The translations under genes were made by a program, and so were the position numbers. From Chrysomallon squamiferum (taxonomy: Eukaryota; Animalia; Mollusca): a stretch of 64,000 nt of DNA. The stretch covers positions 26,226,001 through 26,290,000 of the forward strand of contig CM022665.1 of the NCBI GenBank assembly GCA_012295275.1. The letters are read 5' to 3'. Below, one piece after another: positions 1 through 12,552 of the stretch. A model generated the notes under the pieces. The model saw only the letters and a program-made list of their open reading frames with translations, did not search any database and was not told the DNA's origin. Numbering within the stretch: the stretch's first letter is position 1; each line of letters opens with the position of its first letter.

Positions 1-286
1 ATCTACAACTGACTACAGACTGCTCTGACAAATATATGCAGAATGAAACTCTAACTGCATGTTACCTGTAATGGTAGACCAATGTCTTGTTGCTAGGCTG
101 CGACAGGTAGGTGAAAGTTGATGGTTCACACCATGATTTCATCAAATGTTTATATGGTATTATCTAAGCTGCCTGTCACAGGTGACTTGTTCAATAAACG
201 CAGGTAAATTGATCTTATCCGTGTAGGCCTGAGTTAACACAACTGTAGTAATCTGTACAAGGAAAGTGTGGTGGTCGTGACTTGTG

Positions 287-492
287 ATATACACAGAGGC
301 TCAGCGTGCGTGTTTGTGTGTGACAGTGTGTGAATGAGTGTGAGTGTGAGTGTGAGTGTGAGTATGTGAGTGAGTATATGTGTGTGTGAATGTGTGTGTC
401 TGTGTGTCAATGTGTAATGTGTGTGTTTTTGTTTGAATGTTTTATCTATGTATATGTATTAGTATATACACAGAGGCTCAGCATATGTTGTA

Positions 493-534
<42 letters not shown>

Positions 535-610
535 TGTGTGCGCGTGTGTGTGTGTATGTGTGTGTGTGTGTGTTTGAATATTTTAACTATGAATATGTAT
601 GGGTATATAT
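287..610. repeat. Tandem duplication of a (TG)n-containing unit, period 177 bp
   Basis: Exact 19-mer ATATACACAGAGGCTCAGC at 287-305 and 464-482, each followed by a TG tract and GTTTGAAT.TTTTA.CTATG.ATATGTAT..GTATATA. Confidence 0.8.
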
Positions 611-1907
611 TGGTAAGTATAAATATTTATACCAGCAAATGCACCCATTAACAAACACATACACTAAGCTTAATTAACTATATATATTTAAACATAACTT
701 TATTATTATGCTATTAATATTAATTATAATTTCCTTCCCATGCTATAACAGAATAATTTTAAGAAATTTAATAAAAAGTGTCATAGACATGTTCCATTAG
801 ATTATAATTTGTTCCTACTCTAGATTTTAATAAAAAGAAAAATGACAGTGGCAGAAAATATTAATATATCTCTAGAAGTTTATTTGAAATGTCCTAACCC
901 AGCTATATCACATGTTGAAACATGATTTACAAAATGAAACAGTATTTGCTTGTAACAACAACATTTGTGTTGTCTCTAAGCCTTCTTTAACACACATATA
1001 TAATATGCTTAATATATATATATAAATATATATATCTTCTCAGCTCTGTTTTTGCATATTAAACACATGTAACCCATGTAGTAAATTACAGCAGTATTAT
1101 CTCTTGTACATATTGAAATAAAGAAAAAAATCTCCATACTGTAAATGACCTGTTCAGACTGACTTTTTTGTAAGGGACAAGTCACCCATAAACTGATTAA
1201 TGTGTTTATAATGCAATGACTGTCGTTTGAACTCCAGGCAATTTTGGGCAGTGAGCCAACAAATACAAGGGCAGATCCAAAAATAATATTGCAGAAGAAA
1301 AAAAGAAACGAAGAAGATAATTTAAAAAAAAAAAAAGTTACTAAAAACTCCTATTTTTACTTTGAATTATATTTCAGTGAAAAAAAATATATATTCATTT
1401 TAAAGAATGGCTACTGCTAAAATAGAAAACAATTTCTTTAGCTCCCAAAATTATTTGTATAGCTGTATCAAAAGAGCCAGTTCGTTCCCTACTGATATAT
1501 TTCTAGACCCATTTAATGGGGGCTTTTTTTTTTCTCTCTCTCTCTCTCTCTCCAACACCTGTAGATACTGCAGTGTATTAAGAAAGATCTGATGTAGTGA
1601 TTGAATTGAAGTTCAAAATTCTGTGTTTACACATTTAAAGTTGAAGAGGAGATTACACAGACACAAGATTAACGTAGATTAACTTATTATAAAACATTTG
1701 AGACAGGCATATTTTTTACTGGTTAATGGTAAAATAAATAATTAATATTGATTTTTCATTTCAAACATTTTTTAAAATAATTTTTTATTTTATTTATTAC
1801 ATGTTCAGGAATTCAGAAATTGTTTTGGAACAATATATTTATAAATGTTTACTAAACATAAAGAGCTTATTTTTTGTTTTTGTTTTCAGTTAACCAATGT
1901 TTTGGAC

Positions 1908-2071
1908 AAATACACATACACATGCAGACAAATATATATCCATACATACATACATATACACAAGCATACCCATACATGTATAAGTACATACACATACGCA
2001 TGCATACCCACACACACATACACATTCAGACATACACACACACAGAGACTACATGCACGCACACACAGACA
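1908..2071. repeat. Degenerate (CA/TA)n low-complexity tract
   Basis: Seen directly. Confidence 0.85.
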
Positions 2072-2844
2072 ATTATAGTTTGTGAAATATGAGAAAAATC
2101 AACACCTTTATAAACTGAACATTTTATTTGATTCCACTGACAATTGGTTTATAGTACTGTTGTTAACAAAGAATAGTAAACACTGAACAAAATAAAACAA
2201 CAATCACATGCAGGGAAATATATACAAAGTACATTTAGGCACTTTATAATTGTTTGTATATGCAAAACATGAAAGTGGAAGAGAACAAATCAGAATTTCA
2301 TTAAAAAAGAAAACGTATTTGATGGCAACTATTTTTCAAAATAAATTAATTTCTGTTCGGTTTTTTTCAACCTCCAGAATTATGCCTAATTTTCTGATAT
2401 ACATCCATTATTCACCTTTAGCCAAAATTTGAGTGCTGTCTTATTTCAAGTTTTAAACATGTCATGTGCAAATAGTTTTTGTTTGAATATTTGTTGATGT
2501 TAAACATTTTAATCAGAGAGGAAAAATGTAATGTAATTAAAATAATAATAATAAAAGAACAAAAATTCAGAAAACAACAAAGAAATGTGTGTATCATGTC
2601 AAACATTTTCCTTTTGCTTTTGCTTTTTATTTTATATATTTCAGTGAAAGGAATTCCAAACATTACTATTTGCCTTTTGAAATATTGCTACATACTGTCA
2701 CAACAGAAGCCAGTTGGGTTAAAGGTTATTTCCATATTACTTTAGCATAAGCAGAGTTCTACTTGAGAGATTTTTATATGATATTTCACAAATAAACTTC
2801 TGTCATTGAAGGGAATAACACTAACAATGTTTTAACATAGCTTT

Positions 2845-3090
2845 TATGAACATCTGTTAGGTGTCAAACATATGGTTATTTGTATATTTTTTACACACTA
2901 GCAATTAATCAACTACCAAGTATGTTTATATCTACCATTCTACAACATACCACAGCCTGTGATAAATTGGTCATGGCACACTGGCTTAAATGAGAAAAAA
3001 CTTAATTAATTCCTGATTAGACATCAGAGGAAGCTAACACCAAATACATTATCGGTTTAATTGATTCTGCCATCCACCATGCAAACCAAA
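2845..3090 (-). mobile_element. Decayed SINE copy
   Basis: GTGTCAAACATATGGT..ACATACCACAGCCT..GCACACTGGCT..GAGAAA, collinear with 52960-53060. Confidence 0.55.
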
Positions 3091-4251
3091 GAACTATATA
3101 TTATTCCTGTTCTTTACTGCAAGCATCCTCTCTGAAAAAAAAAAAAAAAAAATCTTCTAAATTAAATCGTGGTGTTGTTTGTTAATAGATAATTCATTCG
3201 TCTGTACTTGTTAACTTTATGACAATTGTACAGAACTATTCTGAAACTGACACAACATGATTATCACGTGTGGTGTGCCTCTCTGCTGCACGGTGGACAT
3301 CCTACACACAAACACAAATCAATCCAATCAATAACTAATCATCTTTTTACGTCTCTAGGTGTATCAGCTTCAGTTTCTAATGCAGTGAAATTAGAACTTT
3401 CGGATGTGAGAATGTAATTTGTTAAGTGTTGTTATACCCATCTGTCATGTAATAGTTATAAAAAATTACAACTGGATCACAGTGAAGTTTTTAAAAGCTG
3501 AAGATGATTCTTTTTTGAAGGAAGAAATACAAAATAAATATTAAAATATATATGTGCTTGGTTTTGGGCTGAGTTTTCTAATAAGTCTTTTTTTTTTTCT
3601 TTTGTCTTTTTGTATTTGTTAAAACGTTTAAATATTCTTTTTCATTGTCATCTTTCAAAACTGACATTTTTATGATTTTGGAGTTTTGGGAAAAACAAAT
3701 TTACCATCTTTATCCAACTAAACAGAAATGTATTAATGCACACAAACACACACACACAGCATGCATTGGATTAGATTAAAATGCATAGAACTCTAACAAC
3801 AAATACCCTTCAAATAACAATAATTTGCTTCACAGAACTTTCAAAACATTAATTTTATATGTAAGCAGTTGACTGATTTAGAAACACTATTGCCCAGAAT
3901 ATTAGTTTTAAATAACTTATACTTAACCATAATGATCTTTGATCTTTACATTTAATCTGGTTATTTGAAGAGATAATATTATATGAAAAAAAGAGCTTAA
4001 ACTCTGTATGTTACATACTCATTGACAAGTTTATGTTATAATTTATTATCCTCTCAAATGAGATTATCTTAAAAATCTACAATATAACACATCAAAAGCC
4101 ACTACAGTTTAGTTAAACTGTGTATGTTACTGATAAGCCATTTATCCCCGTCTTCAAGATTTCTGAGTAATTGTGCTGGTAATCCAAACTCTTGTTCAGA
4201 TTTTTGGAAACAGTGGCTTAGCCAGAGAATAGGGTGAATATTTTAATGGGG

Positions 4252-4460
4252 AAAAAGGAAGAAACATTTTATTGAAGGACACATTCAACACTTTTTCACT
4301 TATGGTTGTATGATGTTGTACATATGGACCAAACAGATAATACAAAAGAAACATGTTGTCATCACATAATAGGCTTTTTTTATTTTATTTTTATTAGCAG
4401 CAAATAGATTTTTTACATGTACCTTTCAATAAACAATAAACAGGAAAGCACTTATTACCA
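4252..4460 (-). mobile_element. Decayed SINE 3' half
   Basis: GGAAGAAACATTTTATT..ACACATTCAACAC..CATATGGACCAAACAGAT..ATTAGCAGCAA; matches 49681-49870 and the reverse complement of 19455-19580. Confidence 0.6.
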
Positions 4461-6603
4461 AATTACAACACATCATTTCAGAGGGGAAATATGTCATAGC
4501 AAATTTTTAACATGATTAATGTAAATTTATGATTTTAACAGTTATATGACAGAATTTTATAGAGAAATGACAAAACAAGACAATTCATTCTGTTAATTTT
4601 AACATTAACAGCATTATTTCAGTTTTAGCATTTATATTTTCTATTCTGCAATGTAAAATTTATAAAAAATATCTTCTAAAAAGTTATATAATATTAATGC
4701 ATTTGAGACTGGCTATTGGTTTGGTTCCATATGTGTTATATTATTTAACATTTTATAGATCAGTTATTTCATAATTTGTAATTTAAAAAAAAAAAAAATT
4801 TCAACCCAAAACTAATTATCACTATTTCATATGTGACAACAATAAAATCAGGCTTCTCTTCATTAGAACACATTTTAATATAATAGTAACCATAACAGTG
4901 TAGACTAGAATGATACCAGTTGAATGGTGTCAGTAATATCCATTATGTTGTGTGAACAACAAAATGTCTGACATGATATAATGTTATTTCATACTTTGTT
5001 CAATACATTATTGGTTTTGTGATCAATAAATTATGAACAGAAAGCACTAAGTTTTGACAAACAATTATAATTTGATGCCTTTATGAATGTACCCATTCTG
5101 GAAGCCATGATGTGCCAAATAAGAATTATGGATGGAATAAAATTTATATATAGTATCAAAGGAAGTAAAAAGTGCCAATATCATAAGTTACAATGAATGA
5201 ATAAATTATTACTAAGATTTCATTTTATTATTATTATTATTTTTAATTTTTAAAAGATATTTTGTATTAATGTCAGTTTTATTATTTTTTAATTACCAGT
5301 ATTATTTTTTGTTCTCTTTAAAAGCTAAATCTTAATATATTCACATATTAGAAAAAGGAGTTCATAAGAAGACCAAAACATTAATCTGGAAAAGTAAATA
5401 TTTATAACCTGCCTCCTTTACTGTGTGACCATCTGACAAAGTTCAAATTTATCATCCTTCTTTTCAGAACAGAGTTAGTGTCCAAATCAGAGAGATCTTT
5501 ATTAATTAAGCTATTCAGCTAAATAAGTGATAGCTCTGAATTCCCAGAGATACATGATTAAAGTGCAGCCTAAATGTATGGTCATGGACTTTTTGGCTAA
5601 TGTTTTATCAGTTGTAGTGTTAAGTAAATGTACTATGAATGTAAACATTTTTCCCAAAATAAAATAAGTCATTATAAATTAATAAATGATCTTTTCTTCT
5701 TTTCTTTTTTTAAAAATAAAGAGGTCAAATTTTTTTTTGTTGATGTGGTGAATCTAATTATAAAGAATTCAGCATATATGCACTTTAATTTTCTTATTTA
5801 ATTTATTTTTTGTTTTAATTAATTCAAAACAATTCACAAAAAATAATACATGGACAAAAATACACTAAATAAATAAATAAATAAATAAAATATAATAAAA
5901 TAAAATAAAATAAAATAATAAGATGAAAAACAGAAGATCTAAATCCAATATAATGTAAACACAGTTTATTTTCAAAGATTATAAAAATATGTAGAATAAA
6001 ACTCTGAATATAGATATAAAAACAGGCTGGCAATCTGGTGCTTGTGAATCTCCTCTAAAAATGATTCATCTAATATAAAATGGCAATAATTACGTACATA
6101 ACATAAAAGGCAACCATTAATATGTTTTGAAAGCTTATTTTAAGAAAATAACTAAATTAAAGACAGAAAAAAGAGAAGCAGAAAAGGAAGTGGCAAAGAA
6201 AAAAGTAAAAGAAAAAGAAAATACAAAACCAAGTTCTCCGATGCACATGTTAACATATATATGTTAAGTTCTGAACAATAATAAATGTAATAACAACCCT
6301 GCAATTACATTTTATAACATATAAAATTCACCACTGACAAAAGAAATCTTTTAAAAATCAACCAGCAATAACTGATAAAATTCAGTTTAATGCAGTATAA
6401 TAAAATTAAAAAAGAAAATGTTTGCTTCAGTTATAAATGTAAAGCTAATGTAAATAATGCCAGACACATTTGATATTCAGTTAACAAAATTATTTCTGAA
6501 TTTCCCAAAACCATAAAATACACAATTTTAGAATTTATTAAGATTAACTTAAAAATGAACAATTATAAATAAGCAAATAATTAAACAACAAATAAAAAAA
6601 AAG

Positions 6604-6610
<7 letters not shown>

Positions 6611-6645
<35 letters not shown>
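6611..6645. repeat. (TA)n microsatellite
   Basis: Seen directly. Confidence 0.95.
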
Positions 6646-6647
<2 letters not shown>

Positions 6648-7596
6648 TGTAAAATTGATTATTTGACACATTATTTTTTTAATCTAAAAACTTCTGAACA
6701 CAAGTAAAACAAATATAACAAAGATTTTTCATATTATGATCAGAACACAGGTTTTAAAAAAATTGACTTCTCTTAAAGTGATTGATATAGTTGCTCTGAA
6801 GCATTAGCTTCTGTGCACCAATTTTAGTCAAATTCAACACAAGTAGTAGCTAAAACATACTATTTTAATGGATACATAAAACTGCACTTATAAAGGCAGA
6901 TGAGAACAAAATAACAAAAAAACAAAACAGAGTGTATGCAGAAATACATTAATGAATGTATTTTAAAATGTGATGCCATATGATATTGTCTAAAAAAAAA
7001 ACCCATCTCAAAACTAAGCAAAAACTCTGTAATATTAACATTCTAGCAAAATAAAGAAATGGACTGATTACTGGATATATTTAAAGAAGAAAAACTTTAT
7101 AAAATGTTCCTCTGAATAACAGCATTGTAACATTTGTGCATTTTTTGGAAGGCAAATCCATTAATCTCAAAACAGATACTGTTACACAAAAGTGCTTAGC
7201 CTGAATTTCTTTATTTTAACAGTTAATACAGGTATGTCAATATCAAGTTGAAAATCACCATTTAACTATTTAGTGTGGATTTCGCAATTGCAAAATATAT
7301 TTTAAAATCCACAGTTCGACTTATTAAAAATAAGAGATGTCATAAATGAATAAATGATTTTCATTAATTTCGTCTTTCATCAAAATCACTGATACATAAA
7401 GAAACAAATAACAAAGAAATGGCTTGCCATGTAAATATAAAGTAATGCTTTATCTCAGTGCAGCTATAAAAAACAAGTTCTAAATGAAGGTTACTGTTTT
7501 CTAAATCTTAATGGAATCTCTGTGTACTCCTGTATTCAGTTTACAATTTAGTGAGAAAGAGAATCTGAGCTTAGATTGCACTTGTATGAGATTTTA

Positions 7597-7665
7597 TTAT
7601 TTTTCTTTTTTCACAACTGCAATCATGTCATCACCACTTCGCTTGGACCATTCTGTCCATGCACC
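7597..7665 (-). CDS. TST/MPST: Sulfurtransferase terminal coding exon 7 ([22 protein letters not shown])
   Basis: Acceptor tttcttttccag|; completes the C-terminal rhodanese signature (Y-x-G-[SA]-W-x-E-W); TAA at 7599-7597 followed by a second TAA. Confidence 0.95.
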   Translation of the reverse strand, partial: GAWTEWSKRSGDDMIAVVKKEK

Positions 7666-9131
7666 CTGGAAAAGAAATAAACAACATACATTAAACAAAG
7701 TCAGAACTGAACCCATTTGTTTTTACTATTTTTGCTGATTGTTGCATAACTGATATTATGTTAAAAAAGTAACATATATGTGAACGGCACAGGAAACAAA
7801 ATTTATTTAAATTATTTATAATTTAACAGGTGGGGAAAAAAAGAAAAAAAAGAAAAGAAAAGGATAATGAAATGATTTTGAATACACAGAAAAATAAAAG
7901 AATTTCAAGTAAAATATAAATAAATAAAAATGCACAAAACAACAACAACAACAACAACTAAAATAAACCCCATTAAGAAGGGATGTGGTATGAGAAAAAC
8001 AATTTTCTTTAAAGAAATTATTTCTCAAGCAATTTCTTTCTAATACTTTGTTGTTGGTAATAAATACATTATTGGTAAATTTAATTAAAGTCTTGTTAAT
8101 TGCTGAAGTAGTCCTCTCTACTCACATAGTAGACTGGAACATTTTCTTTGCCCAGTGCGTGTGCAGCAACAGCAAGACCGCAGGCTGTGAGACCAGTCAA
8201 ACATGTTGTTACCAGAGGTTTTTCAAGATCTATGTTGGCTTTGACAAACACTGGAAGGTATGATTAAAAATAGCATTTGTTAAAATATTTATTATCACAC
8301 TATCAAAGAAAAATTAAACAGCCTCCCCACCCTCCAGCTAAAACACAAAACATAACATGAAAGATGATTGTCACAGTTATTCAAATTAAATTAATTCAGC
8401 TTAAAATGATTAACAATAGTATAATATTGGCAGGCTTTTAATACTAAATTTGTTTTATATTATTGATATTGATCCAACTTTTATTAAGATGTGATCAGAT
8501 TGACAACTCAATGCACTGAAATAAAAAAGATATCAGTAAATCTTCATAATTTGAGGCTAACTGAAGGGAGATAACTCAATGGCTATGCAACAAAACTCTA
8601 AAATCTTAATTTATTGATTTCTATCTTAACGCTATATAGTTAATCATGGATAAATGTGCATAATCATAACCTGTAAATGTTAGTTTTTTTTTTTTTTATT
8701 ATATATAATTTATTATTAATTAATAATAAAAGAATGTTAAAATTCCATAATAATTCTCAACAGGTCTAATAACAGCAAAATGTATACATTTACATTTATA
8801 TTTCTAAAAAATTAAAAACATCTTTCAGAACCTGATGGAATCCATCTAAATACAATGTTGTGACAAATAATTTCAAGATCTCCTCTACATCAGAATGCAT
8901 GACAACCGTTACTAGTGAAACATCACTACTCAATTCAAAGCATATTTCATTCAAAATATCTTACAAAGTATATATTTTTTGAAAAAAGTCTTACAGTGTT
9001 TTAATTCTTCCTCTGATTTGAATGTACCATCTTCATTGAAAATTTGTTCAAATGGAATATTTCGTGAGCCAGGAATATGTCCAGATTTAATATCTGAAAA
9101 TCATTAAAAATATTATATTAAATGATATGTA

Positions 9132-9175
<44 letters not shown>

Positions 9176-12100
9176 TTCCATGGTTTACAAAATTCTAATA
9201 AATAACATCACATCATTTGAAAAATGCATTTCTGTCTTGCCCCAAACAATAACATTGTATCAGATAAAAAAAATAATTAAAAAAATTAAAAAAAAAATTG
9301 TTTAAATGTTACCTTCTGGTTTTTCTTGCTCTTTTTCTCCTGAGAATTCCTCCCAGCCTCTTGCATCAACAATCTGTTCAACTTTAGTCTTCACATTTTT
9401 CACAATATCATCATATTCTCGTTTCAGTTCCAGATTTGGCCTCAGCATATAATCAGTTTTCTACAAGTATATGTAATGTCATTATAATCTACTCATACTT
9501 GTTATCGTTTACTTAAAACGGATCTAAAATTGTAATACTCTATTTTAGCAAACAGCATGTATATTTAAAAACATTATAAACAAGAATTAATGGTGTATTT
9601 GCTAATGTCATTTTATAAGAAATAAATAAAAATAATAATGAAATTTGTACTCACACACACACAAACAAAAAAGTAAAATATGTTTTATATGAATTGAACA
9701 ATAATGTTCATTCAAATATAAAATTTGTTCTGATGTGTTTACAATACTGAAATAAATGTATATTTATAATAATGAAATAAATGTATATTAATAATAATGA
9801 AATAAATTTATATTTGTAACACCAAAATGAATGTATCTGATACCTCAACTCGTGGCACTTCAGTTGTAACTTCATATCCATCATCAAGCCACTTCTTGAA
9901 ACCTCCATCAAGTACTGAGACTTTGTTGTGTCCAAACAACTAGAGAAAACCAAACAATAAATAATAAATTAATTCACAAAAATGAACTAACAAAAAAAAA
10001 AATTAAAATAATAATAATGATGATGACAGTAATAATATTAATAATAATAATAAAGAAATAAAGTAAATAAAAATAAATTTAAAAAGTTTAAATAATTAAT
10101 TAACTGAAATAAATAATTATAATTACATTTTGAAATTGACTAATTAATTAATTAATTAATTAACTGGAATAAATAAATAAAAAGGATTGAATTAAATTTT
10201 GATAAAGCTTTATTAAAACACCAAAACGTTTTTGAAAACATTAACATTTAAAAGAAGACAAATGATAAATAAATAAACAAATAAGGAATTAATTTAAAAA
10301 ATAAACAACAAAATATAAAAAGACACAAAATAAAAATTAGATATGTATGGTACATTACAGAAACAGCCAAATTTTGTTTTCTCTTTCACAAAAGCTATTA
10401 AAATTTATTAATGAACTATAATTGATCTGATCTGACTTACAACTGTCCTCATAAAATTAAAATTAACAATTTTAAATGCTCTTTCATATGCAGTTTGGAA
10501 TATTTTAATAATTAATAATTACAACATATATTAAAAAAAATATATTATAATAATGTAAATTTTTTCTCATAACATATTTTATATCTTCTTTTTTTTTTCT
10601 TGTCTGCTATTATTAATTATTTTTGGCAATCACCAGTGCTCCTTTCATATTCAAAATATTTTAAATTTTTTTTTTTTTTAAATACAGGCAGAAACTGGAT
10701 CTGAGTGAACCTGTCAGTTTAGTGTATAAATATATCAATTCAATGACAGAGAAGGTCACCCTTTACAAATGCATAGGTGCAAAAAAAAAAAAAAAAAAAA
10801 AAAAATAAAAAATAAAAAAATGATATTGTTCATATGGGAATTTAAACAGGTTATTTCATGTGAATGATAATGTTCTAAAAGTGACCTTTTAACTAAACAA
10901 ATAAATAAATAGCTGAACTGCTTGACCTACATTTAGTAAAAGCTGTAATTACAGACATAAATATTTCAACTCAGGTGAAGTAGGATTTTGTGGATAGTAC
11001 AGTTCAGATTTTCCTTTTTAAATTTTCTGGATCAGAAACTGAAAAAAAAAGTCCTATTTAAATGCCTATAACTGTAAGATTTAAATATTTCTGTTACTAT
11101 TACATTACTTCAACAGTTTGTTGTATTTTCCATTTATAGTAATAAAAAAATATGAATATGTGTTGGAGATATTTATTTAATACCACAGGCAAGTGACAGA
11201 TTATTTATTACTTAAAAGATATCAAATTTTTCATTATTTTTATGCAACAAAAAAATAAATTGATGGCCATATGAACAGTGAGACAAATTTTAAAAAGAAA
11301 AAAACATTTTGTTTTCATGGTTATTGTCGTATCTTTTTTGCTGGATATTTACTATTAAAAATTACATTTTAATAAGCATAAGCACAAAAAAAAAAAAAAT
11401 TAATTAATAAATGTTATTAATATGTCAAGAATTGATGTTTATTCTTGTTAAATGCACATTCTCTGTAACAAAATAAACACCAGTGATTTTAATGACCTAA
11501 TGAATTAGCACAATAATAATCATATCACAATTAATAACATCCTTTTATGAATCAGTAGTAGACAAAAATGCAATATGGATAATACATTTAGCAATTTAAC
11601 AAATTTCTTTAATTTAAATTCGACAGAGATCGATACTAGTTTATTATTATTCACCAAAATATACTTTAAAAAAAAAAAAAACATATTTTGCTAAACATGG
11701 ATGTTTGTTTAATTCACTGGATACTTTTGATGGAGTATATATTGTATTTAATCTATGAGAAACAATACATCCAACAATCTGATAGTAGACAGTTATTATC
11801 CGTAAGTGCCACAAAAAACATGGTATTTACCCTAAAAATCCACCATGTTCTGACCGACATTCGCTGAGTGAGTTGGTCATAAGCTATGACATGCGTGTCT
11901 TTAGAGATGCCCAAACTCTGGACGTAGTCAGTGAAACAGTTCAGATCAGGCAGGTTACGGGGGATGTAGGGTGTGGACTCAGTGCATTGGTTAATACTAA
12001 AGTAAAGAGCCGTGGGGATGTGTGCCCTAAAAAAATAAAATAAACAGAATTCTATTGTTTATTATGAATATCAAAGATAAATGTCATTCAGTTTCAAATA

Positions 12101-12552
12101 TTCTTTGAAACTATTACAAATATAACAGATGCACCATTTATTATTTTTCATTAAAATTGTTTTTGGTTAATGTCTAATAAATAATGTCACAACATTACTC
12201 TGTGTACTTATTGTAATAGTATATACTGGAATAAACAAATTTCTTTTCACCATATTGATGGATTAGAAAAGTATGTTTTAACTATTTCAGTTTGCAGTCA
12301 TCTTTCTGCAATATCTCTTAGAGAATAATATTGGGGTTTTTTAACAGGTCAATCTTTATTCACTGCCTTCTGTTATTAATAGATTGTTTTCACAACTTAC
12401 TTCTTATAGTATTCTTCATAGAAATTAACATCACTTTTGGGTTTCCACGTTGTATCAAGTATTCTCAGTGAGCCATTTTTTCCAGCTTTGCTGAACAGTT
12501 GTTCCTTCAGCCAGTTGGTACTAACCAGTGTTCGCACACGTGCCAAACCCAT
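7597..12552 (-). CDS. TST/MPST: Spliced thiosulfate / 3-mercaptopyruvate sulfurtransferase-like protein (tandem rhodanese domains), 7 coding exons, 294 aa: join(12552..12401,12026..11831,9939..9844,9460..9313,9093..8995,8250..8126,7665..7597)
   Basis: Manual splicing gives one open frame (152+196+96+148+99+125+69=885 nt) with compatible intron phases and GT..AG boundaries. Family motifs: [92 protein letters not shown] versus MPST orthology cannot be resolved by eye. Confidence 0.96.
8126..8250 (-). CDS. TST/MPST: Sulfurtransferase coding exon 6 with catalytic Cys ([42 protein letters not shown])
   Basis: Acceptor ccttccag|, donor TAT|gtgagt; DL.KPL..TC..G.TAC active-site motif. Confidence 0.96.
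8995..9093 (-). CDS. TST/MPST: Sulfurtransferase coding exon 5 ([33 protein letters not shown])
   Basis: Acceptor ttttcag|, donor T|gtaaga; GHIPGS.NIPF motif. Confidence 0.96.
9313..9460 (-). CDS. TST/MPST: Sulfurtransferase coding exon 4 ([49 protein letters not shown])
   Basis: Acceptor acttgtag|, donor G|gtaaca (phase 1); interdomain linker plus QIVDAR. Confidence 0.94.
9844..9939 (-). CDS. TST/MPST: Sulfurtransferase coding exon 3 ([32 protein letters not shown])
   Basis: Acceptor ttttctctag|, donor GAG|gtatca; FGH..VSVLDGG..W motif. Confidence 0.96.
11831..12026 (-). CDS. TST/MPST: Sulfurtransferase coding exon 2 ([66 protein letters not shown])
   Basis: Acceptor tttttttag|G (phase 2), donor AGG|gtaaat; HIP, LP..F..Y...LGI, HVIAYD and RxWW motifs. 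Confidence 0.96.
12401..12552 (-). CDS. TST/MPST: Sulfurtransferase coding exon 1 ([50 protein letters not shown])
   Basis: Acceptor tcttttttctag|ACTGCA-ATG (exon starts 12558, ATG at 12552); donor AA|gtaagt at 12400; rhodanese N-terminal LVSTxWL and LRILD motifs. Confidence 0.93.

Noticed and set aside
66-170. Minus-strand coding exon ending ACAG|gtaac
   Set aside because: Weak acceptor, unrecognisable peptide and no partner exons.
7597-12552. Horizontal transfer or pseudogene status of the sulfurtransferase
   Set aside because: Six canonical spliceosomal introns, an intact frame, a retained catalytic Cys and an animal-type N-terminus.
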